A stretch of DNA of 64,000 nt from the NCBI RefSeq assembly GCF_036321535.1, contig NC_087438.1, positions 12,464,001 through 12,528,000 of the forward strand. The letters run 5' to 3'. A program made the position numbers and the translations under genes. This document shows, one piece after another, positions 35,621-49,813 of the stretch (its first letter is position 1; every line of letters starts with the position of its first letter). Origin of the DNA: Camelus dromedarius (taxonomy: Eukaryota). Below the pieces are notes generated by a model. That model had not been told where the DNA came from and made no database searches. It saw only the letters and a list, made by a program, of their open reading frames with translations.

Positions 35621-38600
35621 ATCTCTATAATGCACTTTCACTGTCAAGTGGTGAGGAGACCAGCTTTCTTTACTTCATCCTCTATGTCTGTAGCTGTCTC
35701 TAGGCTTATTTCAAAGGTCATTATTGCAAGACAGGCTGTTGGTGGTGCCGTGGACAGGAGTTGGGAGAACATAGAAGTCTGTGGTTTAGAAAAATCCTCT
35801 TGTACTAGTTTCAAAAGTCCAAAGTGGGTAGATGGATACAACTCCAGCCTCCAAACTGAGTTGGTATTGAAATGAAAAGCAATGATGTGAAAGTCCTGAG
35901 AGCCTCAGAGAAAGGCTCAGTGTTTTGATATGTTGACATCTGGACTCCACTGGATGACCTTGGGTATTGACAGAAGTCCTTCATATTCCTGAAACTTGGC
36001 GTTGTGGTGTCCTGAATCAAGATGAATTCATTAGCATTTGAAAGGAGTGTCTTAGTCCTTAGTACAAAGATTGTATAAACCAATTTATGTGTTTAAAATC
36101 CTCAGGACACACCAGGTGCAGGCTTTCGCTTTCCCACATCCCCACCACCCACTCCAGGAGTAAAACTGAAGCTTATCTTATGCAGGAATGTGACTGTATC
36201 ACCTGTTGACAAAAGTCTTTGGAAATAATTATCCCCCTGGCAACCTCAGTCACTGTGGAATCTTAAAAAAAAAAAAAAAAACAAGGAAGTTCTTTGGAAT
36301 TTCAGATATTTGAGATGGATCATCCTGGAATCTGGTTTGACCTTGTAGGCATTTAATTCTGGGATCTGCTTAACTAACTTGTTTTTGGCCTTCTGGATCC
36401 TTGGGCTTTGCTGTTCCATGAAGGTCAAGTCATTCTCATTTTGGCTAAATTATTTTTTTAATAGTTTCTTTAAATGGGTTTTTGACTCTTATGAATCAGG
36501 ATGGTAATTATATTTAACTTTATCTGTCAGATATTCACTGTAGGAAAGAGATTTTGGATATGGTGATTGTATCATTTAAAAAACTTCATCAAAATTTTTT
36601 TCTTTTATATCTAGAGAAGTTTAGGAATGAAATTGGACACTTAATGAAATTGACTATTTATTGTATGTCATATGCTTTAGTTGAATTTTATCCCCTCAAA
36701 AAAATTGTTAAATGCATTTTATCTGTGAATAAATGAAAAATAGAGGGTTAAATAATGTACCTGAGATCCTGGAGCCAGGAGAATGTGACAGAATTTGAAC
36801 CCGTGTCTGATGGCCCCACGCTATTCTGTCTTTCCCTTAAGTCTTGGCCATTTTATCTCATGTCATATGGACACTTGAGGATAAAACGGATGACATGTTC
36901 CAACATATTAGCATCTTCATTAGAGAGAGTTGTACTAAGTTGTAACATGAAGAATTATCATAGAAGAGATACAGCTTACAAAAAAGTTTTAATCCATACA
37001 TATATTAAGTAACCTAGATGAGAAATTCTTCCTTGTCATGGTGAACATGGGCTGATGTCCTTAAGTCACCTCTGTTCTGCGATGATGAGGATGAAGAGGG
37101 TGAGGATGATGGCTCCTCTTCGGGACTTTGGATAAATGTGGGTAGTCGGCCCCTTCACTTTCCTCATTACACTTCACAGGTGGCCCACAGTAATCACTCA
37201 AATGCCTTACCTGTAATTCAGCTTTTAAAATACTCACCAGAGAGGCTAGTCAGCCCTCCTGCAGCTATGTAGTAATGGTTGCCTGATGAGAAATAAACCA
37301 AGCCCTAAATTGGCTACCCCCTTTTTTTTCTGCCTCCATGCAGAGTTCATTTACAGAAAGTTGGTGATAGCTTTTACTTTCTAAACTACAGCCTCAGTCC
37401 TTTGTAAATACTTGCCATCATAAGTTGAAAGCTCATAATTAAAACACTTACTCTGTAACTCAAAAGGACCTTGGACAATTTGGTGGCTTAGTCAAGGTCT
37501 CATGAGCTGGGTAGTGGCTGAGTAGAAACCCAGGTTATTTCCCAAAAAAGCCTCACTCCTCCCGCCCTCCCTTCTTTCTAATTGAGTCAAACTCTTACTC
37601 ACTGTCCACAACTTAAAAAGAAAAATTCCTACCATTCTTTGGCTCTGATACCATTTTTTGGGAATCTGATCCTGATCCTGTGTCTCTCCCTGCTGCCCTC
37701 CTCAGAGACAGACCCTGGTCTGCATTTTGATAGCATCCCTTGTGCAGCTCTCTCGTTACTACCTGCCACTGCGCGATCTGCTCGCCATCTCTACTCCTCA
37801 GCTTACCTCTTTTTTGCTCTTACACTACAGACATGTGGTTTCCTTCATATGGCAAAGAACTTACGGCATACGTTGAAGTAGTTTTTCCCATAAAACTAAA
37901 TGTTAGTATCATATCTTTGTTTTCCTGCAGAAATAAGGAGTGGTGCAGGGTTTGAAGCCTGCAGATGGAGGGATAGGAGTTTGACAAGAAAGCCAGTTGG
38001 TTTTAGACTCATTTGGGGGCTGCTGAGTGAGTGGAGCAGTCAAGCATGGTGCCCTAGAAATGCTCTGGAATCTCTTGGAAGATCCACCATGTACAGTGAT
38101 GCACAGGAAGTATTATGCCAGTTTCTCGTGTGATCTGGCTTACTGATTTGAGAGCTGCATAAAAGACATGGTTTAATCTTTTCTTCTTTAGAATTGTCAT
38201 TTATAGTATTTGCGCTGATTTAGGAGATTTAAAAGGGCTAGAAGTTTCTGAAGTTGTCATTAAAATATGGAACTTAAGTACTTAAGTTGTTAAAATACTT
38301 CATAAAGCTTAATATTCGGATATTTGAAACGGAGTTTAGCAATGTAAACTGTTTATGTGCATTTGTATTTTGAGAAATTGTGATAAGATTAGTTTTAGAT
38401 GAGAGAGTTTTAATTTATATTTAAAATGACTTATTTAGACATTTCAGTAGGTGGAGAATAAGCCTTGGGTGAATTTATATTTTTTTTCCCAGGGAAACCT
38501 GCCCTAAACAAGTGACTTTGCAGTTTTTGTAGTGCTTTTCATTATTACAGTTTTACAGGTTCAGAAATGAATATATTCCTAAAATAAGCCCAAATTAAAA

Positions 38601-41194
38601 CCTCTTTTTTTTTAAGTTTATGAAGAATAAGATGTTAGAAAACAGCTTTTCCGGGTTGAACTTTCTAAATTACAAGTTTCCTGGATTGCTTGGCGAAGTG
38701 AATTTGAAAAGACCCACATCATTTACCCATTGACAGCTGTTCAAAACACCGTTACCACACAGATTAATACAACAGCCAAGTTAAATATTAACAAGATCTC
38801 AGTGGGGAAATAGTTTATCAAAGGCGAAAACAGTAGCAACCATTGGGTAACTGTGAAGACATCCCTGTTCCCTAAGGATAGAAGACAGTCTCCTCGGAAT
38901 TGTCGAGTCTTTACAAAGTATCGCTTTAAGCCTCTCTGGGCTTGTCTTGGAAACTGTACAGGCAGTAGGGGTATTTTTCTTTACAAATGCTCTCAGCTGT
39001 TTCAGTCCAGGTCAACAGCATCTGTATTTGCCATAGACATATTTAAGATGATTGGAGAAAAGGAGCATCTAGAGAAATCAGTGACTTACAGGGGGGTAGA
39101 TTAGCAATGACTTCCTCCTGCCATTACCCTGCATTCCATCAAGAAGTTAGGCTGAGGTTATGTGGCCACTTGAGTATTTACTAAGGACTTAAATGATTAA
39201 ATGAGGGGTTCTGGAACCGTCTCTGAATGACTCATTTTCCTAAAGAAAAAAAGAAAGACTCTCAATTAACAATTGGTGGTGACAATAGCGCTTAGCATCT
39301 CATGGTCACCCAACCTCGGTGGATCCTGCCCCACTTACCATGGTTTATTTTGGCACTAGGGTTTCCTCAGTCGCTCTGGTGATCTTTTGTTGAGACCTCA
39401 AGCTTTGAATTCCCAGGGCTCACCCAACTGGACTTTAGTAGAAACCTGCTTCCAGAACTTTCAGTGTGTGGTTTTCAGACAAATAGTAACAAGTGTTGGT
39501 AGCAATGTTGTCCAGAAGGCTGTTAATACAAGATGGACAGTGGTTTCCCAGGTACGTGTTTCTTCATGTGGCTCACACCTGAATATCTCTGTTCCCCCTC
39601 GTCAATCTGGTGGTTGACTAATGGAAAGTCTCCTTGAAAGTTCTATCGGTGGAAGAGACAGAAACACTAGGTCCCTACATTTATCTCCATCCTTTCTATT
39701 CTAACCGGTTTTGTTTCCACCATCCAGAGAGCTTCACCTTGATTTCAGCTATATGAAAGTCCTCTGGGTGGGTGGGTATCGGCTCATCCTAGGAGAACTC
39801 AACCGGCCACAGTGCAGAGAGAAGCCACTACACAGTGGAATTAGAACACATGATTCCACTAAGGTAAGAGCTGTAGTTTTAAATCCGAAAGGAGTTCTAC
39901 TCATCCTTCTAAGCTATGATGTTTAATTTACTACTAACAGAATGCTGAGAATGTAGCAAAAACTGTATTTTACGAAACTGAATTTGAATGTCGGCAGGCT
40001 TCCATCTCTCTGCCTCACCCAACCCTGTTGGTTAGTCCTTCCTGCTTAAAAGATATCACTTTGTGGCACTTTAAACGTCAGTAGTAACACATTCTTTGAC
40101 TGTATCCTGATTTCCAGCAGTAAGTATTGCCAAGTTAAGGGGAGAAGAAATGGCGGTTAGAGGAAGCAACTGGCGAATTAGTTAGGATTGGTCCTCATTC
40201 AATTTGTCCTAAACTAAATTAGGGTTTGTACTCATGCTACCCCCCTTGCCTTCTTTAAGACCGGGAGCTACGACTTGCATGCCGCTTACCTGTGCTCATC
40301 CCCACTGCTGGGCATACCACCCGCGGAGGCTCCTTTACCATTTTTGTAGTATGAGAGCCAAGAATCCCAGATAAAGGGTAAAGAAGTCCAGAATGATGTA
40401 ATACTGCAAAAAATGTTACTGCTGTTTCTAAGAGGAGTAAAAAAAAAGCTCAAGCCAGTTTTGAGTTGGGCATGATTCCTGTTGCAAGAGGGTGTGAACT
40501 GGGGGAGATACATCTGAAAAACAAACCAGCCCCTCCCAACCGCTCAAACCCTTAGGGTATTTAGGCAGCAGAATAGAATACAATTGATGTCAGCAGCGCC
40601 AGCAGGCCCTGACTTGTTAGCAATTGTCTGCCTGGTTTACCTGGTAGAGGAAATACCTGACTGCTAGAACAAATGTTTTGGGTCGCTCATATGCACCACG
40701 GTTAGTGTGAGGTTTAAGTGGCTGGGGATGAATTCCCACTGAAATCTGATTCTGAAGATGTATTTAGCTACCGCCCTACCTAATTAACCAATCCACTCGA
40801 GAGAGGGACAGGCATGGGTAGCCCTTGTTAAATATGGAGGTTTGTAAAACCTTCTGAAAAGGAGGAAATGGCTGTACTTGAGGGAAGTGGCGATGAGGTA
40901 CTTTTGCAGCCATGGTTCTGGATGGAGAGAGGGGAACACCATTCCTTTCTGTTCCTAAGGGTGTCCGGATTCCCCTTGTGTGGGCAGGATTTCTGGTAAG
41001 TACAGGAAGCAAAACTACATTGGTCTAGATCAACAGTCAATGACCTCTTGTTTCTAAGCCCCACCACTCCCTCCTTCTAGTGTTTCCAGGGGCAAAAAAG
41101 AGAAGAGAGCATGAGAGGAGGAAGGGGAGGGGTGGGAGAGGGGAGGATGGAGGCGTATCTGCAGAAACAGGAATGGTAGACGCAGGGGTGCTTT

Positions 41195-41543
41195 GTTCCC
41201 ACGTTTCTCTGCTGGGGCTGCCAGAACAGAGCACAGGACCAGGAGGCTAGAACTCCAAGGTCATGGTGTTGACAGGTTTGGTTTCCTCCGTGGTCTCTCT
41301 CCTAGGCTTGCAGATGGCTGCCTTCCTGCTGTGTTCTCACAGGGTCTTGTGTCTGCGTGCATGCACCCCTGGTGTCTCTTTCAGTCCCAGTCTCTTTTCA
41401 TAAGGGCACCAGCCCGATGGGTGAAGGCCCACCTCGATGGCTTCATTAATTAACCTCTTAAAGGCCCTATCTGCAAAGACTGCAGTTTAGAGCTTCAGCA
41501 TATGAATGGGGGTGGCGGGTGGGGCACAACGCAGGTTGCAACA
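41195..41543 (-). mobile_element. MaLR solo LTR (MLT1A/B-like)
   Basis: ggtttggtttcctc..ggtctctctcctaggcttgcagatggctgccttc...tcttttcataagggcaccag...aaaggccctatct.caaa...gcttcagcatatgaat. Confidence 0.85.
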
Positions 41544-42879
41544 ATTCGTGCTTCATATTAAGAAAAGTGGTTTACAGTGAAGAACATTTACAGCCCCTGT
41601 GCAAAGTGCAGTTTCACTTGGCAGGAAGAAAGGAGTGGGGAGAATCAGCTACACTCCAGCCTGACTTAATCCTCACGACTCCATGTGAGGCAAACATATA
41701 TCCTCTTCTGACAACATGAGATGCAAAAAAAAAATTAATTTTGCTAAGATTGGCATTACTAGGACAGGTAGAGCCTGGTGTGGGATTCAAAGCCTATTTC
41801 TGTGGCTTTGTTGTACCAGGGATGGCAAAGGGTGTATGCAGGTACCCCTCCCTCTGTGCACTCGTGCTGGACATGGGTACATGGACGAGGCCTCAGAATC
41901 CTTCTCAACACAGTGCTCTAGGCAGTTGCCACCATTCAGTAGGCGTTAGCATGTGGCATTTCTCATTCTAGCGCTGTGTTATCATGCTTTTCCTCTGTGT
42001 GAAGCCTTTCCCATTTGGTTACCCAAATATGACAAGAATGAATAAAGGAAGAGAGAAGGATTTACTTAGTCTATGCAGTGTAATGAACTAGCCAATCTCG
42101 AGTAAATTAAAATAGAGTTATTCTGGGAAAGCCCATTTGATAGTGGCTCAAGAAAGAGCCCTTCCTACCCTGTATGGAAGGGTTGACCTTCCTGCCAGTT
42201 GACAATCCTATTCTGCCATTGGTAGGGGATTCACCCGACTGAATCTTACCACAGGGCAAGTTTTACTGGATGGACACTTGAAGACATTAGAAGATACAGG
42301 CTTTACCAGAAAGCAGATGTGGGAAGAATGCTTGGAATTTTCTAGGTTTCTGTATGGTGGACAGTGAGGATTGGGCAATTAGTGGCAGGCATCATATGGA
42401 GTCTTTGATGACTGCAAAAACCAAGGCTAATGAATTTTGGGGCCTTTCCAAGTAATAAAACAAGTAGTGATACTGAAGGGATTTTTTGAGGGGCATTCTC
42501 AGCAAATGTGGATGTGGGGATATCCTCACTTAACACTTTTGAGAGGGTTTTATTTTTTAAAGCAGTTTACAGCTTTTGAAAGTGCCCTGTCAGGTGATTC
42601 AGTCATTGCCTTTCTGTTTCAAACTTCAAGTCACGTCATGTTGTGTTAACGATGGCAATAAAGAATATTACCTCATTAATCCACAGTGTAATTGAATATA
42701 ATAATTCAATCTGACTATACTCGATGAGCCACCAGCCCTACACTAACTGAAAGCTGGTAATGTTTATTATCTTTTATTAAAAATTTTCACCGGTAAACTA
42801 TTTCCGGCATAAAACCTACAATGGGGGTTGCTGTAGAATTTTTTATCTTAAGTCTTTAATTCAAGCAACATCTACCGCC

Positions 42880-43560
42880 GAGCCCACGTCTGTGGTCTTC
42901 GGTGCTCGCTTTCTGGTCAATAGCACCTTCCTCCATTCATTCCAGAAAACTGGGATCTTTCTGCTGACAAAGTTCTGTAAAGTCTATCTTGTAATTACCC
43001 CTCACATACGTCCATCCATTTCCCTGTACAGTAAGTCACGGATCTAGTCGAAGCTTCTGTCCCCCCCCTTGACTGCTCCCCTAATGCTCCTCTGAATCTA
43101 AGCACGGCATGCCTGTGCCTAAGACTTTTATATCAAGACTTTCTGTTACACTTGGAATAAAACATCAAAGTCCTTTGCTGACCTGTGAGTTCCTGCGTGT
43201 TCATCTTTTCCCATTTCCCTCTTCTGCCTCCTTGCATCCTCTCTCTCACCCACCCTCTGTTCCCACGTGGCCTGCCTTTCAGGTCTCCCAATGCTCCAGG
43301 CTCTTTCCTGCTGTCCTCCTGCCTGGAATATTCTTTTCCCCACTGTCCAAGTGCTCCTCAGCCTAACTGCCACTTTCTCAGAGGCGCTTCTCCTGACTGT
43401 CCCCACTCCTCTCACAGCATTTGGCATTTTTGCCCCCACATTTATCAGAACTGATGTGATTGATTAGTGTCTCTTCTCCTCTAGACGGAGAGACCCAGGA
43501 GGCAGGGATGTGTCGGTTCTGTTGACCCATAACAGCGCTGTACAACAGTTCTGGTCCATC
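42880..43560. mobile_element. L2 LINE remnant
   Basis: Pyrimidine-rich degenerate L2-like 3' region: acttggaataaaacatcaaagtcct...gctgtcctcctgcctggaatattctt...tgtctcttctcctctagac..gaggcaggga. Confidence 0.6.
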
Positions 43561-46443
43561 CCGAGGAAGCCTTACTTGTCCGGTGTCGAAGGTTGCCCAT
43601 AGTCCATTATATTCATGGAGGGCACACGTCTTCTGAAAGTCACCTTTGGCAGCTGAGACGACTTCCGTTTATGGACACTAAATTTCACCTCATCAGTTGT
43701 GCTTACTCTGAAGATGAATATCTGATGAGCTCCAATTAGTGTAATTATTCGGTTTCCAAGCAGTAACCTTAGTAGTAATTGTTCTAAAGCCCTGTGACAT
43801 TACGAGTAATTAGTCCTACTAATTACTGCTTCCAAGCTTTCTCCTAAGGTAGAGTCTCAAAGGAAAAATGAAATTGTGTTGTTATTTGGGAAACGAATAG
43901 TATGACGTTGTGGGTTTTTTTTTTTTCCCCCAGAAATAAACCACAAGGAATGAAAGCTGGTGCTCATGGTCGTTCTGTTTCTCATCTGTTCCTCCCAAGT
44001 TGTTGAATGCCATGGGTCTGCTACGGATCCATTATACTGAACGTCTTAACCAATGCATTTTCATAACAGTCTTTGTGAAGTCAGGAGTGTTAGGCCTCCA
44101 GATGGTTTTAAATCTGAACACACTCGTGGATTGTAAACCTGCTGAAGTAAATATGAATTTAACCCTGGTTCTGTGCAGGGACCACTTACTTTAAATGCTG
44201 AGTTCCTCCAGTCCAGGACTTTGCTTTGTTCATCTTTGGATGTCAGTTTCTAGCACAAAACCTATGGTCCAGTAAGGGCTGAAGGCACTGAAGGACACTG
44301 GTTTATGGCCGTTTGACAAATAAGGCATATTTCAGAGTGTTGGGAACCACATCTGGGAACCAGCTTGCAATGAACCTTTAGCAAATATCACAGGGTTTTC
44401 TTTGGGGTGGGCGGGATAAACACAATTAAGACTACATCTGTGATTTACTCTTCAGCCCCTCATTTACACGTACTCCTGGATGGTCAGTATCAGCTTTCCT
44501 TGTCTCATCCCTGAGTGTCTTTGGCCTCAGTTTGAACTGAGATTCTTAAAGATAAATATTTCATGTTAACCCTGAGATCTCTCACAGGTCAGTGTCTAGT
44601 TTTTGAAAGCTGATCCTTAACGATGGAATTCTTGTTAACGAAAAAAAGATTTGTAGTTTTTTTTTACAATGATAGGACACTGGTTTCTAAAGTAACCTGT
44701 GGTTAAGAAATAATAATGCAGGTTTCCAGGAAGCAAGTCTAATCTGACAATACAGTTTACTCATTCTAAAACATTTTTAGATTTGGTGCTTTATTTGTAA
44801 AATTTTTGCTTTAATAGGCTTCTGTTTTACATATTCAAAGTGCAGTTGTGTTGAGGTGATTGTCAGGTCTTTACTGTCCATATCCATTGGCCTCTAAGAC
44901 ATTGTTGTGTCATCTACATGATTTATACCATGAACACCGGCTGCTTTTACTATGAAATCAATACTTTGTCTTAAAATGGTCTCATTTTAAATGAATTCAG
45001 TTTATGAATGAGCCAGTGGCATTCTCTGCAGCTGTGGCTCCTTCATCTCGCCCTCCTGTCCCTGATGCCCCCCCCCCCCCCAACAGGTAGAATGGCCCTT
45101 CCAGATGGACCTAAAGGAACTGGCCATTGGGAGATGGGGGCACAGCTAGGGATCATCTACTCTGTAGGGTCAAGTCCATTTGATTTAAATTGGGCTGTAG
45201 AATGAAAAGGGTGGTGATAGCTCTTTGCAGTTAATTTTTTTAATCTTATGCACCGTTGAGTGTCCCTTCCCTAACTCACCCTACTTACTGACGGCTGATT
45301 TCTCACCAAACTTCATGATTTGCTTTGCAGCCTCGAGGCTGTAGATTATGTACTTGGAATCTGTAATTAGCTGGAATGACATGGTACTGATGGTTGAGCA
45401 GCAGTTTCTGACACACATGAGTAACTGGATGACTGATAGACCTTTGGGTGTATATTTCCAAGCAGTTTCCTGGGTGATATTTTCCTTGCTTTATTTTATT
45501 TTTTTTAAATCCTCTCATGTGACTTGCTAGGGTAGAGGTGTCATTTTGGTTTTGAAATTAAGGAATATAAACAGAAAAGTTGCTGTCGCTGCAGTCAGGA
45601 AGCCCAAGGCATGATTGGCTTTGAATTCCGCCAACTCCCAACTCCAGGAAGCATTCATTCCCTGTGAGTCTCTGTCTTCTGCTATTGTGGGTACATACGT
45701 CATTCCCCTTCAACTGTATGAAAATCATTCTATTTCTGCTCTATCCGTGCGTTATTGGGTTGGACACGCATGATGTACACTTACCCAGCTGAAGACATAA
45801 GTTTAAACATTTATTTTATATAGTTAAAAGGTGAAAGTGTTGCTTTGGTGATGAATTCATTCTTTATTTAAAGATCGGTGGCATTGTTAGGCATATAAGA
45901 CTAAGCCTTTTAAAAGCAGTTCCAAAGAGCAGCTGACGTGGGAGTTTTCTACTCTGTTAATGCAATGTGGGAAAATACAAACCGCGTTAAAATCTTGTAG
46001 AATTAGTGTTTGTTTATTGAATGAGCTGAGAGATGCAAAGACCTGTTACCTTGTTTATAAGGAGCTTACAGTCGGGGAAGGCAAATGAGTACACCAGTAA
46101 TTACAGCGAGATGAGTGGGTAGACACACAGGATAGAGACACTAGCAGATAATCATTGGATTAACTACATGGACCTCTGTCCTTTCTCTGTTCCCCTGTCA
46201 GTAGAGCCATCTCTTTCACTCGCCTAAACCGTGGGGGATATTCCAAGTTCAACTGGCTATTATTTAACGAGTTTTATGTAACTATCACTTTTGAGAATAA
46301 GGAATTCAGGATTGATTTCACTTAATTCGAAGGTCTTTTTAATCACTCCGGAGCAAAGCCATTTACATATCTTAAATTTTCATCAAAAACAAAGTACTTT
46401 GGGATTATAAATCAAAGGAAAAGCCTTCAAGAATAGTTAGTTC

Positions 46444-46610
46444 TTTTTATTTTTTTAAGAAAAAAAATGGCTCCATGTACATAACTGTAATTCTTGTCAG
46501 TGATTTCTCTCTTTTTTTTTTGACATTTTTTATTGATTTATAATCATTTTACAATGTTGTGTCAAGTTCCAGTGTAGAGCACAATTTTTCAGTTATACAT
46601 GAACATATAT
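46444..46610 (-). mobile_element. Short camelid-type L1 3' end plus extra 3' sequence inside one TSD (candidate 3' transduction)
   Basis: TSD aagaatagttagttc at 46429-46443 and 46611-46625; L1 end at 46522-46610; poly(T) at 46512-46521; unique segment at 46457-46511; second T tract at 46444-46456. Confidence 0.8.
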
Positions 46611-47732
46611 AAGAATAGTTAGTTCCTAAAACACAGTAAGAATATGCTTTAGATCTTGAGCAGAGCTGCTTCCTTAGAGTAACCGGACGCTGCCGTGGGG
46701 AAGCGCCCCCAGCTGCGGCTCCTCCCTGCCAGCCTAACTGCTGGGAGACAGGCTGCTCAGCTTGAGAAACAGGGGGAAGGATTTCTGTTCTCATCTTCTA
46801 GAGTCTAAGAAAAGCACCCAGTCGTTTGCAGGATCCTTCAGATCTTTATTCTAGGGACATTACTCCCTGAATCCAGGAATGAAAGGTGCTTGTCCTTTGG
46901 AGATGTAATCTCCAGGCACACAATGTGTGGAAGGGACTCTGAATTGCACATGGCATGTGACTAAGGAGTGTCTCTAGACAAAACATTTTATTTTTGATAA
47001 TATGTGCTTGGGAAATGCTCATTCCAGTTTCTTCTTGGGTTGGGTACATTTGCAGTGCTAAAGTTGATAACAGATCACTTTTCTGTTAATGTTTTGTCAT
47101 AGGAATTATATTTCCTTATGTGTCTAGTCTTTTTTGCCCTAAAGTGCTGGTTTCTCTTGACTCCTCAATTATAAATAGCTTACAGGGATTCTTGAATATG
47201 ATACATATATATTTAAAAAAAAATCCTTCATTGAATTTAGGGCAAGGTTGGTAACCAATTTCTCACCATTCCTCTAGCCTTCACCTTCTAGTCTGATTTG
47301 TACTCCCTGCCATCTGTATTGGCTGATTGACAGATGGTTATTTCTCACCCTCACAGGAAAACTCCTTGGACCAGAACACCTGTCTTGCTTGACTGTTGTT
47401 CTCCTAGAATTTAAGGCACTAATTGACCCAGAATAATTGCTCAATGTAAATCAATGTATTGATCTTGGAGATAATTCTACTTTGGGGGAGAAGAGCAAAA
47501 AATGATTATTTTTCACAGTTTTAAAATTGCTTGTTACATGAATTTAAACCAGTGCTACATTGCGGGTCTCTTGGGCAAATCATTCTGAGAGCTAGTTTCC
47601 CGGCTGATCAGTGGGAATTCTTCACTCTCTGCAGATGGTCTTTCCCGAGTAGTTAAATGGCTACTGAATCGATCCTGAGTTCATGTCCTGAGTTTGGTTT
47701 CATGTCATTGTTTACAAAAACCAAATATATAT

Positions 47733-47816
47733 ATTTTTTAATGGTGGTACTGGAGATTGAACCCAGGACTTCATACGTGCTAAGCATGCACTCTACCACT
47801 GAACTATACTCCCCCC
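47733..47816 (-). mobile_element. Camelid tRNA-derived SINE, short form (tRNA head only)
   Basis: ggtactggagattgaacccaggacttcatacgtgctaagcatgcactctaccactgaactatactcccccc; flanked by aaaaccaaatat and aaaacaaatat. Confidence 0.88.
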
Positions 47817-49661
47817 AAAACAAATATTTTAATAATAGGAGTTAAAGATTTAAATAAAATCTTCAGAGACCCTAATATCTAATAGGTGAGTAGGTGGCGA
47901 GTGATGCACACTTTTAATTAGTTCCATCTTAAACAATTCTTCAGCCTTGATGTAATTAATAAATAAATCAATTCGTGGCAAAAACGGTATTGGGTAATTC
48001 CCTCTGAAATTTTCAAAAGCTAGAATTTTTTCTGTATACCTTTGAAAGCTTGTTCATGGAATGTTCCAGCCCACCTTGCAGTAAACAACCAGGAATTCTT
48101 CCTGGAGGTGTCGTAAGGAAGGCTGATAAGTCTCTCTGATAAGGAAGCAAAGAACCCTCCTTGCTCGTCTGGAATTCTTTTCCGACTTAAAACACAAACC
48201 AAAAGTCGGGTTTTTAACATTAGTGACTTGGATAATTTTCATTTGGAAGAAGGGAAACTGCCTGAATCTGGGGTTGAACTTGCAGGTAATACAGGTGTAG
48301 ACATCCAGAAATGAGATGCTGCTGCAAGGCTTCTATAGCCTGGCCCTTCCTAGGTGTCCCCTGATGCTGCTTTCCAAATTCAGAGCACTTGCAGCGCCAC
48401 CAAACGAGTACAGAACGTAACACGTGTGTCAGGAGGCTCTTTAATATGGATGCTCATTTGGGGGAGTCCTGTCTTTTCCCAGTTCGAAGTCGTGGGCGGG
48501 TCTGAGCAGTTTGATGCTTCTACTAACCCTTTATTTGCTTCACGACTTGAAACATCTTTGCGCGCTATACCCATTCCCTTGTCTAGGTGCCTTGCTATTC
48601 TCTATTTAAATTACTCTGTCTTTTCAGAATAGCAGGGGACTTCGCTTCTCCTTAAAATCATTCCAGATGCATTTGGTTCTGCTCAACATCTCAGTCTTAT
48701 TGTCCTGGAAGAGTGGTCACTGTTTCCAACCAACTCAGTTTACCTGGCTGGCTCTCTGAGTTTTTATTGCGAGCAAAATAAGACTTCAAAGGAACTGAAG
48801 AAGCTTGAGCGTCCTTTCTCTCTTTCAACTAACACCTCCTGATGTTTATCCTTGGGAGTAATTTGATGTTTATTGGATGAAACATGTAGTTAGGTGTTAA
48901 TGGAGGCTAATGGCAACCTTCAGAACAGTATGTAGAAACCTTTAATATTTTTTGTTGAGCATTTGATACCCTGTGGTCAAGGGTTTCTATGGAATCCATG
49001 ACATCCAGGAATAAAAATGCTTAGAGGCCCCCTAGTGGTCTCAACTGAACGCACTGAAGTGTAGCCACAGCCATTTCACCCCTGAACTTGACCCACCTTT
49101 TCTTCTACATCTCTTGCTGTCTCTTCTTCCTGCCTTGTGCCATCTCCAATTTGTCGTCCTATGCTCCATCACCGTGAACTATTCCTAATTTCTGATAAAC
49201 ATCTGAAGTGTGGCACAAAAGATATGACACTTTAAATATGACTCATTAGGAATTGTATTTAAATATTGATACGACAATGACTTTTCCAAGAATCTGTGGA
49301 GTGTAAACTCATTTTTGAGTGTAAGCTATTAATCACCAACCTTCTATTCCACTTCGGTTATCTTTGGTAATTGTTAAGTGCATTTCCACTCGGATAAAGA
49401 CTGCCCAGCTTTCTGATAAATGCCTGGAAAAGGGGGATGGCTTTAGTGCTAACTCATTTCAACCAAATAAGAAACCAATGGAGCTGGCTTGAGCCAATGG
49501 AATGTATAAAGGGGTCGGGGAATAAAGCCACATAACTTCTTACTCTTACCTGGATAATCAGTCAGCACTTGACTTAATATTACACACCACTTTAGCTCCT
49601 GAAAGAAGATAGGGCATCTATGAAAAATTCCCTCACCTACTTTGGTTTTTCTTGGTAAACC

Positions 49662-49813
49662 TTTTTTTTTTTTTGAAGGTGTCGTTTATTTAAAAAAATT
49701 TTTTTTCTTTGGTTGGGGGGAGGTAATTAGATTTATTTACTTATTTTTAATGGAGGTACTGTAGAACCTCCTGCATGCTAAGCACACACTCTACCGCTGA
49801 GCTATGCCCTTCC
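49662..49813 (-). mobile_element. Camelid tRNA-derived SINE with the B-box region deleted
   Basis: ggggggaggtaattag...gaggtactgtagaacctcctgcatgctaagcacacactctaccgctgagctatgccc; lacks the ggggattgaacccagg seen in the other copies. Confidence 0.88.
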
